From NCBI GenBank assembly GCA_002385465.1, contig DGDN01000043.1:2927-66926 (forward strand): a DNA stretch of 64,000 nt, read 5' to 3'. The notes under the pieces are model-generated. The model ran no database searches. It was not told where the DNA came from and saw only the letters and a list, made by a program, of their open reading frames with translations. The translations under genes and the position numbers were made by a program. This document shows, piece by piece, positions 46,674 through 54,835 of this stretch. The DNA is from Candidatus Fermentithermobacillaceae bacterium UBA3951 (GTDB lineage: Bacteria; Bacillota; Sulfobacillia; Fermentithermobacillales; Fermentithermobacillaceae). Within the stretch, counting starts at the first letter, position 1. Each line of letters begins with the position of its first letter.

Positions 46674-47813
46674 CTACTGGCTCTGCCAGTTGCCCTGGCT
46701 TCCCAGCTGCCAGCCTTGACGCTGGACCCCAAGATCTCTCTGCCAGCTGCCGGTGCCGAAATGGGTGGGTGAACCCTGCATTCCTCCAAGGCCCTGCTGC
46801 GTCCCACCGTGCTGGAACCCTAGAGATGGCTGACCGGGTACAAAACCTACCTGTTGTCCCGGTCCGCCCTGGCCAAAGCCTGTGCCTCCCCTTGCCCAAT
46901 TGGGTAGGTTCGCGCTGTGGCCGGATTGATACTGGCCGCCGAAACCCATCCAGCTCGGCTCACCGCCCCACTGAGCGCTCTGCCCCAGACTCGACGGTCC
47001 GAAGCCACTCTGGCCTTCCCCGTACTGCGTTCCTGTCCAGCCCTGCCTGCTTACTGCCCCTTCTTGAACGCCGAAGCCGCTCTGGCTGCCGAAACCTCTC
47101 TGGGCCCACTGGGGGATGTTCTGGTACTGCTGCGTTCCGTGGATCTGGCCTGCTCCCGTCGAAATCCAGCTGGGCTGGCCACCCCAGCGCGCTCCCTGTG
47201 CCAGGCTTGAGGGTCCAAAACCGCTCTGCCCTTCGCCGTACTGGGTACCGGTCCAGCCCGTGCTTCCCTGCCAACCGGTAGACGCGCTTTGTGCTCCGTA
47301 CCCGCCTCTGGCCCAATCGGGAATGCCGCCTTGATGCTGGGTACCCTGGAACTGCCCGGTGCTTCCCGACATCCAGCTCGACTCACCGCCCCAACGCGCA
47401 CCCTGGCTCACGCTGGAGGGTCCCATACCGCTTTGGCCTTCCATGATCTGAGTGCCGGTCCAACCCACTTGTCCTTGATTCATGCTCACGTTAGTTCCTC
47501 CCATGTTCACAGTGGAATTCATGACTTGCCTCGACTGGTGAACGGCGTTTCTGAGATGAGAGAGCGTCTCCTGATCCGCTTTCCGAACCTGATACCAGCC
47601 TTTGGAGTGCAAGTAGTCAAAGACGCTTTTTGCCGCACTGGTTGCGCCGGCGTGGAGCTCCTGAAAGGCCGAACGCAGCGCGGGATCGCCCGATTCCAGG
47701 ATCGCGGGCGCATAGTAGTAGTTGGACAAGTACTTCTGTCCAGCCAGAAGGTCTTCGGCGATTTCCCGGTCGGTCATGGGTTTGCCGCCGGAAGATCCTG
47801 CCACTTCAGACAC
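46674..47813 (-). CDS. CotF-domain spore coat protein with C-terminal Trp/Gly/Gln-rich tandem repeats
   Basis: The N-terminus (EDLLAGQKYLSNYYYAPAILESGDPALRSAFQELHAGATSAAKSVFDYLHSKGWY) is a Coat_F-type domain. Residues about 117-330 form three repeats of about 70 aa (GWTGTQYGEGQSGFGPSSLAQGARWGGQPSW...IPQWAQRGFG). Confidence 0.7.
   Translation of the reverse strand: MSEVAGSSGGKPMTDREIAEDLLAGQKYLSNYYYAPAILESGDPALRSAFQELHAGATSAAKSVFDYLHSKGWYQVRKADQETLSHLRNAVHQSRQVMNSTVNMGGTNVSMNQGQVGWTGTQIMEGQSGMGPSSVSQGARWGGESSWMSGSTGQFQGTQHQGGIPDWARGGYGAQSASTGWQGSTGWTGTQYGEGQSGFGPSSLAQGARWGGQPSWISTGAGQIHGTQQYQNIPQWAQRGFGSQSGFGVQEGAVSRQGWTGTQYGEGQSGFGPSSLGQSAQWGGEPSWMGFGGQYQSGHSANLPNWARGGTGFGQGGPGQQVGFVPGQPSLGFQHGGTQQGLGGMQGSPTHFGTGSWQRDLGVQRQGWQLGSQGNWQSQ
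46824..47465. repeat. Three in-frame tandem coding repeats (~210 bp each) inside the CotF-domain gene
   Basis: The protein repeats start at residues 117, 186 and 258. The DNA shows recurring ccagctgggct / caccgcccca / ggtccaa blocks. Confidence 0.7.
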
Positions 47814-47835
47814 TTTCTTGACCGCCCCCTGCTTT

Positions 47836-48039
47836 TCACTTCACGTGACTTGATAAGAGGCTCAAGTGTCGCTCACACGCTCGTTCCAGGTTTTCGATAA
47901 GTGCCCGTAGTTCGGGGTCTTGGGCCATCTGCCTGTAAGAGGTGAGTTTTTGCGACATGAGGGTCTCACCCTTTATGGACTCTCCAAGGTACCAGGCCTC
48001 GGTCTGGGTGAGCTGCAATACGCGCCACCTCCCTTCCAT
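47836..48039 (-). CDS. Small CotF-like spore coat protein (start uncertain)
   Basis: LMSQKLTSYRQMAQDPELRALIENLERACERHL resembles the Coat_F core. The track ATG at 48039 lacks a Shine-Dalgarno. The internal ATG (MSQKL, 40 aa) is preceded by AAGGTGA. There are 22 nt between this gene and the larger CotF gene. Confidence 0.5.
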   Translation of the reverse strand: MEGRWRVLQLTQTEAWYLGESIKGETLMSQKLTSYRQMAQDPELRALIENLERACERHLSLLSSHVK

Positions 48040-48082
48040 TCAGGCTTAGAATGTCACTGGCCCCCTGCGTGTATTCCCGCGG

Positions 48083-49486
48083 CTATACGGACATTGCCCC
48101 TGATTCATCCTCAATCAGCTGCAGGACGACCTGCTCTTTGCCCGTCATGGCGTTTATGTAGACAAGATAGGTGTCGTTACCGCTTCTCACCCTGAACTCC
48201 CATGCCATTACCTCCGTTGTAGGGAGGATCGGTATGACGCAGAGTCTGGGTTCGGCGCTTTCAACCTTGAGCTCGGGCCTGAGCACGCTGCGGGCCGCGG
48301 CCGGTGAAACGATGGGCGCCCTGAGCACGCGTCCGGGGTGACCGTGGGTCATCAAGTAGTTCATCTGGTCGAATGAGACAATGGCACCGGTATCGAGCGA
48401 TACCTCGACCTTCACCGTGTCGGGGTAGAGGCGAACTTTTGTACTCCCTCCGGGCCCGGACACCTCTGTATGAGGCACGTAGGCGAATACTACACGGCTC
48501 GCGTCCGCGCCGCGCTTTCGCCACCCCGTTTCCTCGAGGCTTAGAAAACCCTTGGACTTCAGGAATTCCATTGCCTTATTCCGGGCCTCATCCAACCCGA
48601 TGGCGCCCGCGCCTCTCGGGGCGGAGTCTGTGGCCATGACCACTGCCCCTCCCTGTTTGGCAACGGTCGTAGCCACCTCGCTCCCATCCTGTCTCTTTGC
48701 GGTGACCACGTACGAAGGAATAGACCCTTCAACCGTCCCTACTGAGACGGACTCGAAACTCTCGCCGGGAGTGAGAAATGACAGGGCTATCTCTTTGGCC
48801 CTCTCCTGAGAGATCAAGGGACCGGGCTGCGCAAGGGCCTGGGCTTCCAGGTTCTTCTCCGAGAAAGGCCCGTCGTAAACGGGTGTAGGGATGCTCTGGG
48901 TGATCTGATCGATCTCGGAGAAGCCGTGGTTCAGCGAATCCGCCGCCCGTTGAGAGCTTCCTGTGAAAGAAGCCGCCATCTCCTGAAGCCCCGCCCTTTG
49001 GGGCCTAGGCGCAGTGATGCTGGCCTGCGCCGTCCTCGCAAGGACACCGGAAAGCTGCTTTACTCCTTCCTCAAGCCGGGCGAGTTCAGCCCACTCATCC
49101 GGAGTCACGGTTTCGCCTCTCGCCAGCTTCTGGGAAAGCACCAGAGCGAAGTCTCCTACTGTTGCTACAAAACGGCGAGGGCCGGAGAGGTCCACTCCGT
49201 CTGCTCCTGCCAGGCTGAGATCGCTCCGGGCCGCCTGACAGTTCAGCCAGCCCGAGGTCAAGAAATTGATCTGCTGCCCGGGCGACGATGAAGCCCTGGC
49301 TTTAGCCAGGCTCGCCTCGAGGTTCTCAACGTGGGTAACCAAGTTAAAAAGGGCTCTTTGCTGAGCCGCTTGCATCCTGATCCTAGCCGACCGGGCGTCT
49401 CTGTATTGCGCAAGACCAAACGCCAGAGAAAGTACGGTCACGGCGCCAAGAGCCCAGAGGAGCCATCTCTCTCTTCGTGTCCTCAT
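48083..49486 (-). CDS. ypeB: Germination protein YpeB (PepSY-domain membrane protein, SleB partner)
   Basis: N-terminal TM, and the C-terminus matches B. subtilis YpeB (VFAYVPHTEVS...VRLYPDTVKVEVSLDTGAIVSF...TYLVYINAMTGKEQVV). Confidence 0.85.
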   Translation of the reverse strand: MRTRRERWLLWALGAVTVLSLAFGLAQYRDARSARIRMQAAQQRALFNLVTHVENLEASLAKARASSSPGQQINFLTSGWLNCQAARSDLSLAGADGVDLSGPRRFVATVGDFALVLSQKLARGETVTPDEWAELARLEEGVKQLSGVLARTAQASITAPRPQRAGLQEMAASFTGSSQRAADSLNHGFSEIDQITQSIPTPVYDGPFSEKNLEAQALAQPGPLISQERAKEIALSFLTPGESFESVSVGTVEGSIPSYVVTAKRQDGSEVATTVAKQGGAVVMATDSAPRGAGAIGLDEARNKAMEFLKSKGFLSLEETGWRKRGADASRVVFAYVPHTEVSGPGGSTKVRLYPDTVKVEVSLDTGAIVSFDQMNYLMTHGHPGRVLRAPIVSPAAARSVLRPELKVESAEPRLCVIPILPTTEVMAWEFRVRSGNDTYLVYINAMTGKEQVVLQLIEDESGAMSV

Positions 49487-49522
49487 CCTTCCTTTACACC
49501 TCTCTTAATGCAAGGGCCTTCA

Positions 49523-49981
49523 TCAGTACGCGAACACATGGTTGCCGATCTGAGTGACGATGGGCCTAGACCATATCCAGGGGCTCACCGGCTTGTAGGG
49601 GTTCCAGAAGAAAGTACATCCGTAGGTTGGGTCGTATCCATTGAGCGCCAGTTCGGCCGCGCGGTACATCTCATCGGTAGGCGTGGTGCTCCATATGAGG
49701 CCGTTGGTGACCGATTCGAAGGCATCCGGGTCATAGATGACCCCTGCTATCGTAGGTGGGAAAGCAGGATCTCTGGTCCGGTTCACTATAACCGCACCGA
49801 CGGCGACCATGCCCAAGAAAGGCTCCCCAGTGGCTTCGCCCATGATCACCCGGGCAAGGAGCTCGAATTCGTCGTACCAGCTCTGGGGCGCGGCAGCACA
49901 CCGCGGCATGTCGGCGGAAAGCGAAGTTGATAAGAAGATCAGCGCTGCTGCGCAAAGGCAAAAAAAAGTCTTGATCCTCAA
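49523..49981 (-). CDS. sleB: Spore cortex-lytic enzyme SleB/CwlJ-family hydrolase (catalytic domain only, secreted)
   Basis: Signal peptide plus a Hydrolase_2 domain (IMGEATGEPFLGMVAVGAVIVNR...FWNPYKPVSPWIWSRP). The TTG start follows GGAAGGG. There is no N-terminal PG-binding domain. Confidence 0.9.
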   Translation of the reverse strand: MRIKTFFCLCAAALIFLSTSLSADMPRCAAAPQSWYDEFELLARVIMGEATGEPFLGMVAVGAVIVNRTRDPAFPPTIAGVIYDPDAFESVTNGLIWSTTPTDEMYRAAELALNGYDPTYGCTFFWNPYKPVSPWIWSRPIVTQIGNHVFAY

Positions 49982-50089
49982 ATGGCATCCCTTCCTCTAC
50001 TTGTAGGTCCTACCGCGTCCTTTGGCGCTTGCGAAAGGGCGCAAGGAAGGCCCGTGCTCTTAGAATGCGTGAGGAAGGGATGCAGTTAT

Positions 50090-51142
50090 TCAGCGACCTT
50101 GGTAAGTCGCGCGGTTTTGGTTGTGCTCCGCCAAAGTGCGGGCAAAAGCGTGGGTACCGTCGTTCTTGGCTACGAAGTACAGATAATCCACGTCATCGGG
50201 AGCAAGGACGGCTTCCAGGCTCGCCTTGCCGAAATTGCAGATGGGGCCCGGCGGGAGGCCGGGATTCCTGTATGTGTTGTACGGAGAGTCTACTTCTAGG
50301 TCCTTCCAGAGCACCAATGCGTCGGGGGGTTTTCCCAGTGCATAGAGCACGGTAGGATCGGCATCCAGCTTCATCCCGATCCTAAGCCTGTTTAAGTAGA
50401 CTGCAGCGACGATAGGCCTCTCAGAAGCAACCTGAGCTTCGCGCTCCACAATCGAGGCCAAAGTGGCCGCCTGATGCGGGGTGAGATTGACCGCCGCGGC
50501 CTTCTCCTGCAACTCTTCGGTGAAAACCTGCTCCATCCGCTTGAGCATCATGAGCACCAGTTCTCGTTCGGACATTCCTCTCCGGATGTAATAGGTGTCG
50601 GGGAAGAGATAACCCTCAAGCGGCGCTCTTGCGGTTTCAAGATATTCGGGCGGGAGGTAAGCCGGGGCAAGGGATCTGTCCGAGGCGGCCTCCAGGAAAG
50701 CTTCCTTTGACCCGAAACCCCTCTCCTCTACAAGAGCCGCTATTTGGTCCACGCTGAGCCCTTCCCGCACCGTAAGCGAATAATAGATGACACGCCCTTG
50801 GACCAGGCTGTCAACCACATCAAGAGCGTGAATGCCGGGCTCAAATCTGTACTCCCCCGATTGGATGCGGCCGTCGGCTCTCATCACTCTGGTAAGCACC
50901 CTGAAAAACAGCTCGTCCCGTATCACGCCGTGGTCCTTAAGGAGGGCCGCGACATCACGGGTGGACATCCCCGGTTCCACAATCACGCTAACCGGCCCGG
51001 CTGTTTCCGGCAGAGGACAAGAGCTGAGGTAGGACGCTATTGACAAGGCCACTATGCCGAAAGCAAGGACAAGCCACAAACCGTACTTGCGTAGGCGGCT
51101 GCGGCGGGGCAGCGTGCCAACTTGCGTGCCGGGTGCTCTCAA
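50090..51142 (-). CDS. mltG: Endolytic murein transglycosylase MltG (YceG-like)
   Basis: N-terminal TM and a YceG domain. Confidence 0.85.
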   Translation of the reverse strand: MRAPGTQVGTLPRRSRLRKYGLWLVLAFGIVALSIASYLSSCPLPETAGPVSVIVEPGMSTRDVAALLKDHGVIRDELFFRVLTRVMRADGRIQSGEYRFEPGIHALDVVDSLVQGRVIYYSLTVREGLSVDQIAALVEERGFGSKEAFLEAASDRSLAPAYLPPEYLETARAPLEGYLFPDTYYIRRGMSERELVLMMLKRMEQVFTEELQEKAAAVNLTPHQAATLASIVEREAQVASERPIVAAVYLNRLRIGMKLDADPTVLYALGKPPDALVLWKDLEVDSPYNTYRNPGLPPGPICNFGKASLEAVLAPDDVDYLYFVAKNDGTHAFARTLAEHNQNRATYQGR

Positions 51143-51513
51143 TACTCGGGCTCCTCCTCATCTTCTTCCGGCTCGTCTTCATAGCCCAGGTTCGGGTCTT
51201 CGTCGCCCTCATCGACAACGAACTCGCAGTCTCCGTACTCGCCCTCCAGCTCGATCTCTTCAAAAGCCTTGAGGACTTCTTCCCATTCCTCGTCGCTGTC
51301 AATGGTGGCGAGGATGTTTTCACCTTCGTCATCGACATCGACCCTCAAGATGACTATCTCAGGCTCCATGTCGTCTTCTTCTTGGATTGGCATAAGCACC
51401 ACATACTGCCGCTCACCCACAAAGAGCGAGTCGAACAGTATCCGAAAGCTTATCTCTTCGCCGTTTTCGTCTTGAAGCACGATTAGATCATCATACTCTT
51501 TCACCGATATCAC
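51139..51513 (-). CDS. DUF1292/UPF0473-family acidic protein (YrzB-like)
   Basis: MISVKEYDDLIVLQDENGEEISFRILFDSLFVGERQYVVL plus an acidic tail, in the conserved slot between ruvX and mltG. Confidence 0.7.
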   Translation of the reverse strand: MISVKEYDDLIVLQDENGEEISFRILFDSLFVGERQYVVLMPIQEEDDMEPEIVILRVDVDDEGENILATIDSDEEWEEVLKAFEEIELEGEYGDCEFVVDEGDEDPNLGYEDEPEEDEEEPEY

Positions 51514-51959
51514 TACCCTTCTTTTTGAGGGGTCCTATTCCGCCTGGCCCTCAGGTAATTCTCAAGGATGAGGGCCGCCGCGGCGCCGTCTATGGTGTTT
51601 TTCCTCAGGCGGCGGGACTTCCCTAAGGCTATCATTTCCTTTTCCGCCTGGGAAGTGGTAAGTCTCTCGTCGGAGAGGAAAACCGGCATGCCGGCGTAAC
51701 GCTCAAGAAGCCCGGCAAACCGCCTCGCACGCTTCGCGGAAGGACCGAGAGTGCCGTCCATGTTTTTCGGTAATCCAACCACAAATGACGAGGCGCCGTG
51801 CTTTATTGCGAGAGCCGTGAGGTTTTCTGCGAGGTCCTCGAGGCCCCTGTAACTCAACGTGACCAGGGGACTCGCGAGGGTATTGGTTTCATCACTGATG
51901 CTGACCCCTATTCTCTTGAGGCCGAGGTCGACGCCTATTATCCTGCCCGTCTCTTCCAT
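51513..51959 (-). CDS. ruvX: Holliday-junction resolvase-like nuclease YqgF/RuvX
   Basis: IIGVDLGLKRIGVSISD RNase H-like motif. The start is taken at MEETGRII (the M at residue 53 of track ORF 51513..52115). Confidence 0.85.
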   Translation of the reverse strand: MEETGRIIGVDLGLKRIGVSISDETNTLASPLVTLSYRGLEDLAENLTALAIKHGASSFVVGLPKNMDGTLGPSAKRARRFAGLLERYAGMPVFLSDERLTTSQAEKEMIALGKSRRLRKNTIDGAAAALILENYLRARRNRTPQKEG

Positions 51960-51964
51960 GGGCG

Positions 51965-52912
51965 TCACATCACCTTCAGACAGAAATGAGGGCATACCTT
52001 GGCGCAATAACCGCAGAGCATGCACTTTGCCATGGAAACAAGGGGACGCCCTTCCTCCATTGAAAGCGCCCCGAAGTCGCAAGCCTCCACGCAGCGGCCA
52101 CACCCTTCGCACCAATCCTCGATGAGGAGTCTCTTTGGCTGAGAGCCGCGAGACAATCCGTCATCGGGCGGTTCTTCGTTGGAGAAGATCCTCGCTGCGA
52201 ATTGTACCTCGTGGACCGTGTGCATACCAACTGCCACGCTGTGTCTATAAGGGAAATCCCTGACATACTCGAGGGCGCGTCTCGCTTGAGCAAAGAGGTG
52301 CCCTCCGCCCAAGGCCTTCATGAGGTAGACACCTTTGCCGCATTCCCACGCAAACCCCAGGGCTTTTTCCATGTCGACCCTTCCGCCGCCCCTTATACCC
52401 AGCCCTTCAACATTTAGAATGGCGAAGATTATGTCCACTTCGGATAACGTGGCGGCGGCCCTCACGCACTCGACGGTGTGGGTCGAGACCGCTATTCCCC
52501 TGATCGTCCCGCGTTCCTTCTCGCGCGCAAGGTACTCGAGGGCCTCACGGTGCCCCTTTAGAGTGAGGGCTGACTCCTGCTCGTGGAGTCCGAAAATATC
52601 CAGAGTGTCACGACCGAGTTCACGCCTGGCGCGGTCAAGGGATTTCTTCATGCCCTCGCGGCCGAAAGCGAATGAACGGGAAGCGATTACCGAGCCGTCT
52701 CTTTTGGCCACCTTCTTGAGGTGTGCGTAGGTGTCGTAGAAGTCTGCGGTGTCGAAAAAGTTGACACCCATGTCCCAGGCGAAGTCGATCACCTTAGCGG
52801 AATCGTCGGGAGTCATGTTGTAGTGGGTGCGACTTAATGAAAGGGAGCCGAAACAGAGTTCTGACACTCTGATGCCGGTCGCTCCGAAATACTTGTAGCG
52901 CAATGGGGTCAC
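51965..52912 (-). CDS. Aldo/keto reductase fused to C-terminal 2x[4Fe-4S] ferredoxin domain
   Basis: AKR N-terminus (MTPLRYKYFGATGIRVSELCFGSLSL, DTADFYD) plus two CxxCxxC...CP cluster motifs (CEGCGRCVEAC, CMLCGYCAKVCP). Confidence 0.7.
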   Translation of the reverse strand: MTPLRYKYFGATGIRVSELCFGSLSLSRTHYNMTPDDSAKVIDFAWDMGVNFFDTADFYDTYAHLKKVAKRDGSVIASRSFAFGREGMKKSLDRARRELGRDTLDIFGLHEQESALTLKGHREALEYLAREKERGTIRGIAVSTHTVECVRAAATLSEVDIIFAILNVEGLGIRGGGRVDMEKALGFAWECGKGVYLMKALGGGHLFAQARRALEYVRDFPYRHSVAVGMHTVHEVQFAARIFSNEEPPDDGLSRGSQPKRLLIEDWCEGCGRCVEACDFGALSMEEGRPLVSMAKCMLCGYCAKVCPHFCLKVM

Positions 52913-52956
52913 CGTCTCACCGGGTCCCTCCGTGGGAAACGAAGGGACCCTTTGCG

Positions 52957-54054
52957 TTACTCTATGGGCTCCATCCGTCCGGCGAGTTTCTTAAGGACTT
53001 CAGGCATCGTGGTGTACTCCAGCTCTTCAAGCCCTAAGCGGTGAGGCTCAAAGGGGCCCATGGAGCGGAAGTAGTCCGCCATCTCGTTGGCGATCTGCCG
53101 GGCCCGGTCAAACGCGACGTCCGCAAAGAAGTCCTGGGGGCCTATGAGCTTGCCCTGGCTGAGCTGGAAGCCGAACGCCATAACTCTCGGAGGTCCGTCA
53201 AATCTGGTCGGAATGGCCTGCTCTGCTCCGCACGGCATGAGCGGCCCGTGGTGGGAACCCCTCATCCAGCCTGCGACAATATGAGGCTTGGAGAAGGGCT
53301 CAAGCGCTTCTCCAACGGCAGGCATACCGCTCTGGCAGCGGACGATCAAGACCGGATCGTCCTTACCTACGTACCGGCCGGCCATGAGGTTGAGCCTCTG
53401 TGTCGACGACGTGGCCGCGATCTCGCCGAGTGTCCTGGAGTAGACGGACTTCACGCAGTAGCGGCCTGGGGCACCGATGAACACTAAGAGGTCGTAGAGC
53501 TCTTCAGGGCAGTGGAAAACGACCTTCTTGTGTTCTATGAGGTCGTGGACCTCAAAATCGAAGCCTTTGTGCATCTTGGGGTCGATAACCAACCCGGCGG
53601 TGTTGAACGGGTCTGCGAACATCTTGTAGAGCGGGTAGTTCCAGGCTCCGGGCTCGGTCTTGTCAGCCATGAAGACTATGACCGGCTCCGAGGGTCTCTC
53701 TTCGAACTCCATCTCGGCGACCCCGGGTCCCAGGCCCTTTATGTTCCCTGAGAACGAGTCGCTGAGAAGGTCTTGCCCCGCCCCGTACAGCTTGAGTCTC
53801 TTGGCTTCCGCGGTAGCGGCAAGGAAGGCATCCCAAGCCAGCTTGTGGATGTCTTCGTTGTCCACGCCGAGAGAGTGAGTCATGATGAGCTCGATGTCGT
53901 CTCCCACGTGGTCAACGTGGAAGTCTATGAGGAGCCCTTTCCCACGCGTCTCGAGGTGGTCCTTCGCGGCCGCAAGCAGGTTCTGGTGCACCGATGAATG
54001 TCCAACGAACCCCCCTACGTCGGCCTTGATCACGGATAGCGTTACTTTAGACAA
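52957..54054 (-). CDS. fbp: Bifunctional fructose-1,6-bisphosphate aldolase/phosphatase (archaeal-type class V FBPase)
   Basis: Near-colinear identity by eye with the archaeal FBP A/P hallmark segments (VIKADVGG, LIMTHSLG, YGAGQDLLSDSFSGNIKGLGPGVAEME, ADKTEPGAWNYPLYKMFADPFNTAGLVIDP, WMRGSHHGPLMP, RFDGPPR). Confidence 0.9.
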   Translation of the reverse strand: MSKVTLSVIKADVGGFVGHSSVHQNLLAAAKDHLETRGKGLLIDFHVDHVGDDIELIMTHSLGVDNEDIHKLAWDAFLAATAEAKRLKLYGAGQDLLSDSFSGNIKGLGPGVAEMEFEERPSEPVIVFMADKTEPGAWNYPLYKMFADPFNTAGLVIDPKMHKGFDFEVHDLIEHKKVVFHCPEELYDLLVFIGAPGRYCVKSVYSRTLGEIAATSSTQRLNLMAGRYVGKDDPVLIVRCQSGMPAVGEALEPFSKPHIVAGWMRGSHHGPLMPCGAEQAIPTRFDGPPRVMAFGFQLSQGKLIGPQDFFADVAFDRARQIANEMADYFRSMGPFEPHRLGLEELEYTTMPEVLKKLAGRMEPIE

Positions 54055-54099
54055 TTACTATCCCTCCGGTGCGTAATAAAGACATCTGAGAGTTCTAGT

Positions 54100-54789
54100 T
54101 CAGCGAGACGTAATCCTTCCCCGTCTCATAACGATAGCGAGAAGCATCCCGGCGATGAACCCTCCGATATGGGCCCACCAGGCCACACCCCCCTGTGCTG
54201 TGACTCCGAGGGAAGCCACTCCCGACAGGAGGTTCGTGATGAACCAAAGGAACAGAAAGACAATGGACGGGACCTCAACCATTGGGAGGAAGAAGCCTAT
54301 GGGTATAAGCGCCAGCACTCTAGCCCGTGGAAACATGACGAAGTAGGCCCCAAGGACTCCCGCGATGGCTCCGCTGGCCCCTACTGTCGGGACCGTGGAA
54401 GTCGGGGATGAAAACACATGGGCAAGCGACGCGATGATCCCGGAACACAGATAGAACACCGCGTAGCGCCCGTGCCCCAGCCTGTCTTCAACGTTGTCGC
54501 CGAAGATGAAAAGGTACATAAGGTTTCCGAGGAGGTGAAACCATCCCACATGGATGAAAAGCGATGTTATTAGGGCCAACCATCCCGACGTCATCTCGAG
54601 AACATGAGGAGGGAAAGCCCCGGGGTTGATGAGGACCGCCGGGATGACCCCGTACCTTACGGTAAACGCATTCAGGCCCCTTTGCGTGAGAGCCAGTTCG
54701 TATACGAAGACAAGGAGGTTTATTGCGATCAAGAGCCAGTTCACGACCGGTTTTCGGCGTGACCTCTGAGTGTCTCTCAAGGGGATCAA
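54100..54789 (-). CDS. Rhomboid-family intramembrane serine protease
   Basis: 6 TM, a catalytic GASGAIAG (Ser) on TM4 and AHIGGF (His) on TM6. Confidence 0.75.
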   Translation of the reverse strand: MIPLRDTQRSRRKPVVNWLLIAINLLVFVYELALTQRGLNAFTVRYGVIPAVLINPGAFPPHVLEMTSGWLALITSLFIHVGWFHLLGNLMYLFIFGDNVEDRLGHGRYAVFYLCSGIIASLAHVFSSPTSTVPTVGASGAIAGVLGAYFVMFPRARVLALIPIGFFLPMVEVPSIVFLFLWFITNLLSGVASLGVTAQGGVAWWAHIGGFIAGMLLAIVMRRGRITSR

Positions 54790-54835
54790 TGTCCATCCCT
54801 TCCTTCCGGGAGCCGCCTACTTCTTAGAGCATTCC

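Noticed and set aside
46824-47465. Repetitive DNA considered as a possible CRISPR array or minisatellite
   Set aside because: The repeats are about 210 bp, in-frame and coding within a single ORF, with no short direct repeats or unique spacers, so they are a protein tandem repeat rather than CRISPR.
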